In this document: positions 1 to 8,139 of the stretch, one piece after another
How positions within the stretch are numbered: the stretch's first letter is position 1
How the letters are laid out: each line of letters begins with the position of its first letter
Source of the DNA: Nitrososphaerota archaeon
Lineage (GTDB): Archaea > Thermoproteota > EX4484-205 > JAAOZP01
Length of the DNA: 64,000 nt
Assembly: GCA_011605725.1 (NCBI GenBank)
Contig: JAAOZP010000004.1
Location: 64,001-128,000 of the forward strand
Reading direction: 5' to 3'
Notes under the pieces: generated by a model
The model's input: only the letters and a program-made list of their open reading frames with translations
The model's database searches: none
Told to the model about the DNA's origin: nothing
Program-made: the position numbers and the translations under genes

Positions 1-109
1 TTACCACGGTGAACCAAGCGATTACGAGAGAATGAGGGATGAGGAGCTTGAAAAGAAGGTGCTGGATTTCTATGAGAAAAACCTTTCAACATATTTAATT
101 CTAATTTAG
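1..109 (+). CDS. 3' end of an unidentified gene running in from the left edge (…YHGEPSDYERMRDEELEKKVLDFYEKNLSTYLILI*)
   Basis: Open frame from position 2 to TAG 107-109; no family recognised. Confidence 0.35.
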   Translation, partial: YHGEPSDYERMRDEELEKKVLDFYEKNLSTYLILI

Positions 110-180
110 TGCGCATTATAATCAGACTATACATTAGCCAAGGATAAGACTATAGCGTGTGCACTAACCAGTGTTTATGA

Positions 181-449
181 TTAAGTTCCCACTTTTCCAG
201 CAACCTTTTTAATAATGTATAGTCCAACTATTAAACAGTAAATTATCAATTCCCAGCTTTCCATCATATACCGTCCGATTAGAATTAGCCCAGAGAAATA
301 TCCCAATTAATACAGTAAACCCCAATACTTCGCTCTTTCCAATTCGACAACTCCAATGATGATTAATAGGAAATTAATGAGTATTGCTAGGTTTCTGCCG
401 CTTTCGCCAAATAACGCTGGAAAAACTGAACTTAGCGCGCGCCTCCCAT
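181..449 (-). pseudogene. Small multi-TM membrane protein pseudogene
   Basis: Manual translation: ATG 449 is out of frame across GCGCGCGC 435-442, then SSVFPALFGESGRNLAILINFLLIIIGVVELERAKYWGLLY*LGYFSGLILIGRYMMESWELIIYCLIVGLYIIKKVAGKVGT*; internal TAA 307-309; TATA-like TTTTTAAG ~25-30 nt upstream. Confidence 0.55.
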
Positions 450-491
450 TTTCAACAAATAAATAAGAGGAAGCTTAAAAATTTTATGACA

Positions 492-2380
492 TTAACACAT
501 GCCAGATAATTTTGGGTTGTCCTTTTTTATGGAACCCAGCTTCTTACTGCGCCAAATCCTGCAGACGATTGTGGCTAAGGCGATTACAACAACTAATCCG
601 ATGATAAGGGGAACAAGAGGGGGATTAACTGTAATGATGAGCGTATTGCTTATGGCGTTTTCCCTGACATCGTCCCCGGAATACGAGGCCTGTACCTTCC
701 AAGATCCTGTAGTGTCAGTTGGATAGGAATCCTGAAAGTTGCCATCCGGATCAGTCAGTACATTTCGGGTTACTTTATCTCCATTTGGCTTAGTATAAGT
801 GATACTTACGGTAGCTGAAGCTATCTTAGGAGTAATTGCCCCCGAGATTCGGATTGATTCGCCGATCGTTATGGATTCGGATGGAGTTGAAATAACAATA
901 ATGGGTTGCATTTTCTCAACTAGAAATTTTATCTTTTCGCTAATACTTCCTTCATAACGATCGTTTCCTGTCCACGAGGCAACGACGTTCCACTCGCCAA
1001 CAGCATCGACTATAATAACATTAGAGAACCTTCCGTCAATGGTCGTCTTCGTTGTCGAATTGAACATAGATCCATCAGGCTTAACATAAGTTACGACTAT
1101 TGTCGCATTAGCTATGCTTGGGTCTAAGATGCCTGAAACAGTCTGCGACGAATTGAAAATAATAGGAGTTTTAGCGATCGATATGATGATAGAGCTGGTT
1201 CTCTTGAAGCATTGGATGACAACCAGATTACTCTCGCATCCTTCATAGTCCTGGTCCCCGGTCCAACATGCCTTTATGTAGACTGTTCCAACCGATTCAA
1301 GCTTCAGTTTAATCGAGAATCGGCCACTGGAGTCCGTTGTAGCATTATAGTTTAAACGATCAAACAGCAACGATGTGTCAGATTGATAAAACGAGATAAT
1401 AAGACCTGCTTTTGCAGGGTTGACGGATCCATTGAGCATGAATTCCTCTCCAATACGGACCTCGCTCTTGGTAGTCGTCAACGTTATTTGACTCTTTAAC
1501 CTTCTCTTGGCGATTGTCCAAGTAGTATAGAAGATATCGGCCACATCATTAACAGCATGAGAATAACAGATCTGAATAATAGAATTAAGCCTCGATTGAT
1601 CCACGGAAGGTGTGCCCGTACATGCTGGAGGATTGCATACTTTGCATGGACGATACCCTTTGTTATATGCATCACATTCATCGCAAACCATATCAGGTTT
1701 TCAGGCTTTATCTGCGAAACATAACGGCACCAAGGATAATGGTAAACATCGCTATTCTTGCTACCACAGTATTTTGCTCCTGAGCCGCTTGAACTGCTTC
1801 GATAGAAATTCGATATGTCATCGTAATACTGGTAAGCTGCGTTAGCAGTTTGTACCATACGTTGCCGTACGTCGGACACATTGGTTAGTCCATCGAAGTC
1901 ATATCTTATCGGCAGTAGTGAATCGGCATATGTTTCAAACTTGGAATGATAATTGTCTTCGTTAGGGTCTTTTGCACTCGTGTGTAAGGGGTTATCCAGG
2001 TCCATTATATAATGAGACAAGACGCCGAACTCAAAGGCTATATCGTCTTCCGAGGCGTTTTGTTTGATCATGTTCTTAATTAATGCGACCTCCTCAACTA
2101 TTTTATCTACGGCTTTACCATAATTCTCATCAACATGCCAAACGTGGTTCACAAAATCCTTAAACTGAGTATCGGGGGCAATAGCCCCTTCTAAATACTG
2201 TGCGATATTTCGCTCAAGGAGGTTCTTAAGGTCAGAGGGAAGATATTGGAGAATATCTCTTGCTATTTGCCTGTGTGTTTCATGCGCCCAAGGGCTTACC
2301 CTGATGGGTGAAACATCTGCCAGAAGAAATGCTATAAAAAGGACGATAACAATCCTCATTAGAACGCTATTACTCCTCAT
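492..2380 (-). pseudogene. Frameshifted surface-anchored protein: signal peptide + S1/P1 nuclease/Zn-dependent phospholipase C-like domain + Ada-type metal-binding domain + Ig-like repeats + C-terminal TM (~630 aa if joined)
   Basis: ORF 1496-2380 has W..ETH, PD, HY..D...PLH, HSKFE motifs and YCGSKNSDVYHYPWC; ORF 492-1691 continues CDECDAYNKGYRPCKVCNPP. One extra T at 1685-1687 joins them (…NLIWFCDECDAY…). Confidence 0.75.
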
Positions 2381-2608
2381 TCAACTCACAACCTCCGCAA
2401 TCACAATGAACGCAGACAAAGGTTCCATGGAAATGAACACCTCTTATGGACGGATCGGGTTTGAGACAAAGAACCATCTTGCCTCCGCATCTTGGACAGC
2501 TTATAACATCGCTGGCTGAAACCAGTTCCGCAAGCTTCTGATAACCTTTCGAATCTTAGGAACATCGATTGAGATGCAGAAGTCTGTTTGACCTACCGCC
2601 CTCTTCAT
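2370..2608 (-). pseudogene. Small CPxCG zinc-ribbon protein, split by a 1-nt frameshift
   Basis: MKRAVGQTDFCISIDVP(K) joined to DSKGYQKLAELVSASDVISCPRCGGKMVLCLKPDPSIRGVHFHGTFVCVHCDCGGCELNEE* by adding one A near 2556; overlaps the start of the next gene. Confidence 0.5.
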
Positions 2609-2768
2609 TATGTGTCAAACCGCTTTGCGAAAAATTTAATCTTTACGCTTGAGGATAAAAATCCAGTGCATCCTAGAGCATGGAGACATATCCCCGGAAG
2701 CACGTGCTAAAATAGCATAATCTTATAAACTTTATATTCTTGTTTAGATATCCTATTAATGAGTAAAC

Positions 2769-3521
2769 ATGGGTGGCAGAATATTCCTCAGCATTTTTCT
2801 GATAGTTTTAACGATGGTTGGAGAAATTCTTCCCGTATCTGCAATCCCTTTTTATAACCACTTATGTCGATTAGATGTCAAAATAGATGCACCTTCAGAA
2901 GTTCGTGAAGGGGAGGAATTTTCAATAAAGGTATCTATAACAACGACCGGAGAAATTTTGTTTTCTCATGCAATTCTGGAAAGTTGGAGAATGCAAGGCG
3001 GAATAAAAATAACTCTTTATTCGCGTAAACAATACTATGAGGTATTACGCGAAGAGTATATAACAAGCCCTACACTCCTACCAGCGAATTATAAAATAAC
3101 AAAAGACTTTAATATCATTGCAGGAGAAGCAGGGACAGAATACTGGATTGAAATTGAAGCGATTTATGTTTTCGGCACGCTTGTATTAAGAGAGAAGTTA
3201 AATGACTTGTATATTGTCCTATATAGGACTGAAGTTGGGTATACTGGGCCCATAGCCACTGGATTTGGCAATAAAATTCTCGTAGGAGATGGAGGAGTCG
3301 AAGGTATACACGAGGATGTTTCATTCTACTGTACTAAATCTGTTAAACTAGGGATATCTGAAGTTGTGTCACTGCAACAGCAACAGGAAGTTCTTCAAAG
3401 CCAATTGCTGACACTTAGGTTAATAACGGTACTGATATCGATTATTGCCATAGTCTTCCTCATCCTTTTCTTAATTGAGAGGAAAAGATCTAAAAGTCAA
3501 TTTCCACCACCCCCATCATAA
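2769..3521 (+). CDS. Secreted Ig-like protein with C-terminal TM anchor
   Basis: N-terminal hydrophobic signal, beta-rich body (DAPSEVREGEEFSIKVSI), TM followed by basic tail. Confidence 0.75.
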   Translation: MGGRIFLSIFLIVLTMVGEILPVSAIPFYNHLCRLDVKIDAPSEVREGEEFSIKVSITTTGEILFSHAILESWRMQGGIKITLYSRKQYYEVLREEYITSPTLLPANYKITKDFNIIAGEAGTEYWIEIEAIYVFGTLVLREKLNDLYIVLYRTEVGYTGPIATGFGNKILVGDGGVEGIHEDVSFYCTKSVKLGISEVVSLQQQQEVLQSQLLTLRLITVLISIIAIVFLILFLIERKRSKSQFPPPPS

Positions 3522-3709
3522 TATATTTTAAACTCGCACGGATGAAGCGCGCGATTGTTTTTCTCTTTCTTGTCTTTGACACCAGATCCGAGAATGAAAA
3601 CTTGAAATCCTGCTGAAAATCGCTGAAAAGGACCCATATCTTAATAGGGATTATTCCTTTGAAAGAAGGACAAAGAGTTTTAAAAAGGTTCTTTCAAAAT
3701 CATATAGAG

Positions 3710-4072
3710 ATGAGGAGTGGAGTTTTCGCCATAGGGATCGTTATGCTATTGCTCGGAGGCTTCATGTACTTGGCTACTGCCCGCGAAGTATATAAGCTCC
3801 TAGGCTATGAGGTAGCTTCTAGCGAGAAGGAAATAGTGTTGCAAATAGGTGATCAAAGCATTCCCATGAAAAGCATAGGAGTGCTCCTCGGACTCATGGG
3901 CATAATCCTAGCTATTGGCGGGGCAATATCCTCCGGGAAAGGGCCTCAATACTATCCCTATCAACCCCCGCCACCAGAACCCGTCTACACTTGCCCAACC
4001 TGTGGCAACCCATTAACCTACATACCCCGGTACCGGCGATGGTACTGCTACAACTGTAGAAAATACGTGTAA
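3710..4072 (+). CDS. Two-TM membrane protein with Pro-rich linker and C-terminal zinc ribbon
   Basis: CPTCG…WYCYNC; ATG 3710 preferred to TTG 3659. Confidence 0.75.
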   Translation: MRSGVFAIGIVMLLLGGFMYLATAREVYKLLGYEVASSEKEIVLQIGDQSIPMKSIGVLLGLMGIILAIGGAISSGKGPQYYPYQPPPPEPVYTCPTCGNPLTYIPRYRRWYCYNCRKYV

Positions 4073-4212
4073 ATCCCAAGCTCCTTACTAAATCCAGGAC
4101 GATGCAAGAGTCACTGAGGACTCTTGGTTTGAAATAGCGCGCGCTAACCTCTAGAGTTCTTTCCAGTGACATGCATGAGGTAAATAAGGCAGGCTCTCTC
4201 TTAGGGCACGCA

Positions 4213-5376
4213 CTAAGATGTACTCGCCCACGAGATGAATTCCGAAAGACTGCTGAACGACTTGTAAGTGGCCTCGTTAAATACGTAATATACTTGGGTA
4301 AATGCGGAGCCTGAATTCTGCCAATAACGTAGGTAATCGTTTATTGCTTCTTCCACGGGACGTGCCGTAACCCATCTAATCAGGAATAAATCTAGCCCGG
4401 TTACGTATTTCCCTGCCGGATCTAGAATCGCTATTTTTCCCCCTGCAACAGGTATTACCACCGCCATATGACCTACGGTCTCGCTTGGTCCACCGATGCA
4501 CATGGCATAAGCACCGTAAAGTGTTCCTACGCAGTATTTGAAGTAGCAACGTATCATAGAGGTTAATAATATTGCTTGATCCTCGCAGTCACCATGTTTA
4601 TCTGCCAGCGTTTCATTAGGGAACCTCCAGAAGTCCTCTACCCAGTATGATCCACCCAGTGAAAAGAAATCCACATAATTCACAGTATACATCCCTGAAG
4701 AAAGGTATATGTAGCGTGCTCCTAAACTCAGACTGGGGGAATATGTGTCATAAGAATATTTAATATTCTGCACAACCCATCCTTGAAGCTTCTCTAAATC
4801 GTTCCAGAGATCGTTATCAGACCCGCCCCATCCTCCAGTTATGCTTCTAACCACGCTTCGAAGCTGCGGGTCATCGATAGTTATGAACCTACAACACTGC
4901 TCTCCATACGGGCTTCGGAGGCTTATTGCATCGAATAGCGACCGGCAGGTCTCATTAAGATGCTCCAGCTCGCTTAAGAGGGTTTGTCTGTCATCCAGCA
5001 CGGCTGAGTAGGAAGATTGTAAAGATCTATAGTTGGATTGCAAAGCCTCGTAATTAGTTTTCAAGTTGCTGTAGTCATTCTTTAGGGTAGCATGCTCAGA
5101 CTTCAGTTTGCTATAGTCGTCGGAAAGCAGGTTATAGCTACTTTTCAACTGGTCATACTCATTTTGGAGATTACGATATGACGATTGAAGCTCCTTATAA
5201 TCTGCCTCAAGGCTTGTATATTCAGAGTAAAGCCCGGAATAGCTTGTCGATAGCGCTTCATACCTGGAATTAAGCAGATTATAGTTAACTATGCTTATTA
5301 AAAGAATGATTGAACATACAATTAGGCCGATGCCCAGAATAATAGTCAAGTATCTCCTCCTAATGCCCTCCCCCAT
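4213..5376 (-). CDS. Membrane-anchored coiled-coil protein with transglutaminase-like (Cys-His-Asp) domain
   Basis: N-terminal TM, heptad Y/L repeats, GDCEDQAILL, GHMAV, ILDP. Confidence 0.8.
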   Translation of the reverse strand: MGEGIRRRYLTIILGIGLIVCSIILLISIVNYNLLNSRYEALSTSYSGLYSEYTSLEADYKELQSSYRNLQNEYDQLKSSYNLLSDDYSKLKSEHATLKNDYSNLKTNYEALQSNYRSLQSSYSAVLDDRQTLLSELEHLNETCRSLFDAISLRSPYGEQCCRFITIDDPQLRSVVRSITGGWGGSDNDLWNDLEKLQGWVVQNIKYSYDTYSPSLSLGARYIYLSSGMYTVNYVDFFSLGGSYWVEDFWRFPNETLADKHGDCEDQAILLTSMIRCYFKYCVGTLYGAYAMCIGGPSETVGHMAVVIPVAGGKIAILDPAGKYVTGLDLFLIRWVTARPVEEAINDYLRYWQNSGSAFTQVYYVFNEATYKSFSSLSEFISWASTS

Positions 5377-5497
5377 GGTTACCCACGATATAAACTAATA
5401 ATGGCTAATTTAAAAAATTAATGCGCATGCACCGAAGCTAGTTGATTTTGCTTTTAAATTTTAAAATAAACCTTAAATGATATAAAGGTGAGCTAGA

Positions 5498-5725
5498 ATG
5501 AGCGAGTTCAGGGGTTTAGAAATGGTTAGAGCTACTGAAATAGTTGAAAATCCGAGCGTCGAGTTAGCCGGAAAAGTACGAACAATTTATGACATTTCCA
5601 GACTCCGTTTGGGACCTTGGAATAACCTTGAAAAGGCGTTAAACATTCTTTATAATAAAGGCTGGAGGCCAGTATGTATGGCTATTTCTGGGACTATCGT
5701 CTATGTAATAATTGAAAAAAGATAG
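5498..5725 (+). CDS. Small hypothetical protein
   Basis: 75 aa ORF, GGTGA RBS upstream. Confidence 0.6.
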   Translation: MSEFRGLEMVRATEIVENPSVELAGKVRTIYDISRLRLGPWNNLEKALNILYNKGWRPVCMAISGTIVYVIIEKR

Positions 5726-5805
5726 TACACGTCTATTAGCTTTAACAATAAGGGGACAGGGAGAATACAAAAAGTTAGAAAAGCGAACTAAAAACGCGCG
5801 TGCGC

Positions 5806-5979
5806 TCACTCTTCGTTCTGGTCGGGAAGATCCCAGTCAGGGTCAACCTTGACTTGGTCTAGAGCCTTCTCAAGCATTATGCGTTGCTCGATAGATGCAA
5901 CAAGCTTACGTGTAAACACTGCGGCATCAGGATTGATTGAAACAGAGTCGATTCCAGCCCTAACAAGAAACTCAGGGTA
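5806..5979 (-). pseudogene. ppsA: PEP synthase 3'-end fragment, copy B
   Basis: [57 protein letters not shown]; resembles the PEP-utilising enzyme C-terminus. Confidence 0.75.
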
Positions 5980-5983
5980 GCAA

Positions 5984-6055
5984 GTTGAACGTTTCTAAGT
6001 CTTCATTAGGAAATCCTGTCTTCTCAAGAGGCTTGAACTCGGTTTCTTTCTGTCT
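5984..6055 (-). pseudogene. Decayed 3' end of a putative immunity gene homologous to the end of 7033-8136
   Basis: [15 protein letters not shown] vs LEKIEFLKEDFPELFK; DNA aagtcttcattaggaaatcctgtcttctc vs aagtcttccttgaggaactctatcttctc; same position relative to a ppsA fragment. Confidence 0.45.
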
Positions 6056-6127
6056 GAGGCAACTTTATGCTTCTGATGTACACGTTAAGCTTATTAAGGT
6101 CTGAGACGAATTGTTGAACGAGCCTGA

Positions 6128-6373
6128 ATGGAGGACGAGGAGGAGCTTTTGAAGAGGATTGTGGTGAATCCTAAGGTTATGGCTGGTAAACCAGTGATAA
6201 GGGGGACGAGGATCCCGGTTGAGCACCTGCTGAGGCTGCTGGCTCAGGGTTTAACTTTTCAAGAGATACTTGACGATTACCCTCACCTGACGAAGGAGGA
6301 CATTACCGCAGTCCTACTTTATGCGGCCAAGATTACTGGTAAGGAAGAAGTGTATCCAGTAACATTGGAATGA
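6128..6373 (+). CDS. DUF433 antitoxin
   Basis: RIVVNPKVMAGKPVIRGTRIPVE…EILDDYPHLTKEDI signature. Confidence 0.92.
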   Translation: MEDEEELLKRIVVNPKVMAGKPVIRGTRIPVEHLLRLLAQGLTFQEILDDYPHLTKEDITAVLLYAAKITGKEEVYPVTLE

Positions 6374-6383
6374 GGCTGGAAAC

Positions 6384-6728
6384 GTGAAGCTTCTAGTTGA
6401 CGAGAGCGTTGGCATAAAAGTCTACTTTAAGCTTAAACAAATGGGTTTCGATGTTGTCACGCCAATATATTCTATGAAGGGGGCGGATGATGAAGAAGTT
6501 ATGCGAAGCGCAGTTCTCGAGAACCGTGTAATAATCACGAATGACAAGGATTTTGGATGGCTTGCTCATCTTTATAAGCCGCTAGGCGTAATACTTCTAA
6601 GACTGAAAGACGAGAGAGCAGAAAACAAGATCAAGATCATACAGTACGTCTTGGAAAAATATGGTGAAAGAATTCCTGGGAATATTTTAATTGTCTCCGA
6701 GAAGAAAATCAGGATAAGAAGTATTTGA
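6384..6728 (+). CDS. DUF5615 PIN-domain toxin (VapC45-like)
   Basis: MKLLVDESV, GADDEEV, IITNDKDFG, KIRIR; paired with DUF433. Confidence 0.9.
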   Translation: MKLLVDESVGIKVYFKLKQMGFDVVTPIYSMKGADDEEVMRSAVLENRVIITNDKDFGWLAHLYKPLGVILLRLKDERAENKIKIIQYVLEKYGERIPGNILIVSEKKIRIRSI

Positions 6729-6837
6729 AAAATGGAAAAACAGGATAGAGATAGCTGAGTCTTACAGGAAGAAAAAGAAGCAGAGTAAAGATTTAGAAAA
6801 GCCAGAGGCATAAATAAACATCAGGTTTTAGAAGACC

Positions 6838-7032
6838 CTAATCCTCGTCAGGGTCAGGGAGGTCCCAGTTAGGGTCTGTTTTAACCTGGCCGAGGGCTTT
6901 CTCAAGCATAATCCTTTGCTCGATGGATGCGACTAGCTTGCAAGTGAAGACTGCAGCATCAGGATTTATAGAAACGGAGTCGATTCCAGCCCTAATGAGA
7001 AACTCTGTGAACTCAGGGTATACACTTGGAGC
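6838..7032 (-). pseudogene. ppsA: PEP synthase 3'-end fragment, copy A
   Basis: [64 protein letters not shown]; in frame directly after the TAG of 7033-8136, which falls where the Gln of GQAPS would be. Confidence 0.8.
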
Positions 7033-8136
7033 CTACTTGAACAGCTCAGGAAAGTCTTCCTTGAGGAACTCTATCTTCTCCAATGAGACCTCTTCCAGCC
7101 TCCTATGTCTCTTGTTTATTGCTACGACTATGTCATCCCTCTTGCGGAGCCCCTCCTCATCTATTTCCTCCTCATCCACTTTCCCAACGTGCTTGAGCTC
7201 CTTCTTCTCGAGCTTAACGAACTTGAGGCCCCTCTCCGTTTTCTTAGCGAGCCTGAGCCTATACCCATCCAGATTGTAAACCGCTGAATCGTCTGAGAGG
7301 TCATATTTTATTTGACGCTCGTACCGTCTCATCATCTCCGGGTCCTTCAATTCTATCGGCCACTTTACCATGTATCTCCACTTATGCATCTCGATGCTCC
7401 TCTTGGATTCCGGTATTGCAGTGCCCTCCCAGTATTCCCTCCTCTCCTCCCTCGCCAACCACTCTCTAAACCTTTTCTTAAACTCGATAACTGCCTCAGC
7501 CCTTTTAAGCACGTTATCAATAACCTCCTCATCGCTCATCCCGGATGAGTCGAATATGATCCTGTAGTGTGGATGATCAAGGTCGGTTATGAGCAGTTCC
7601 CCCAGATATCCGTGTTTAGAGAAGACCTCGTTGATAAGCTTTAGGAACACGTTCACATCCTTAACGAGGGCGGGCATGAACCTCGCGACCTTCATCCTGT
7701 CCTCCCTGTCCTCGAGGGCAAGTACGGAGAACCCCTTGAAGAAATCTTTATTCTTGATAGACCCGGGGGAAAAACAGAGATTATAGTGTACTCCACATAG
7801 GAATGATAAATCTACTTCATCATTCCTAATCGTGATTAAATCACTCTCTACATCCACAGCATCTATGAATGGGGAGCGTGGATCGATCCAGTCGTCCATC
7901 CATTTGATTCTCCTCCTCCATTTTGTATGCAACTCGCTGTCGTCGAAATAAACATCTTCGAGAAAAGCTTTAGTGTACATTTGGCCGAGCTCCCTCCCAT
8001 CCGGCAACTTAACGGGATATAGACCTTCAAAATTCATGTAACAGATATTTTCTCTGGTTTTGAATTCATAGCTACTTCTACCCTCCAACGCCCTTGCTAT
8101 CTTCGGGATAAGCGTCTTCCACCTCTCGCCATCCAT
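7033..8136 (-). CDS. Putative cognate immunity protein 1
   Basis: Starts 3 nt after the toxin stop; no signal peptide; paralogous to 46351-47145 (FDSSGMSDEEVIDNVLKRAEAV). Confidence 0.65.
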   Translation of the reverse strand: MDGERWKTLIPKIARALEGRSSYEFKTRENICYMNFEGLYPVKLPDGRELGQMYTKAFLEDVYFDDSELHTKWRRRIKWMDDWIDPRSPFIDAVDVESDLITIRNDEVDLSFLCGVHYNLCFSPGSIKNKDFFKGFSVLALEDREDRMKVARFMPALVKDVNVFLKLINEVFSKHGYLGELLITDLDHPHYRIIFDSSGMSDEEVIDNVLKRAEAVIEFKKRFREWLAREERREYWEGTAIPESKRSIEMHKWRYMVKWPIELKDPEMMRRYERQIKYDLSDDSAVYNLDGYRLRLAKKTERGLKFVKLEKKELKHVGKVDEEEIDEEGLRKRDDIVVAINKRHRRLEEVSLEKIEFLKEDFPELFK

Positions 8137-8139
8137 TAT

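Noticed and set aside
4950-5280. Periodic sequence within 4213-5376
   Set aside because: Explained by coiled-coil heptads, not a DNA repeat element
106-5806. Classical integron cassette array
   Set aside because: CTAAC/GTTAG ends resemble attC cores, but no full paired attC hairpins were found, genes alternate in orientation and no IntI is present
5806-7032. ppsA repeat pair as a diversity-generating retroelement TR/VR
   Set aside because: Differences are mostly synonymous and not adenine-specific; no reverse transcriptase in the window
6923-7279. 118-aa + strand ORF and the many short antisense ORFs within 8-19 kb and core genes
   Set aside because: Ser/Pro-rich shadows of recognisable genes on the opposite strand
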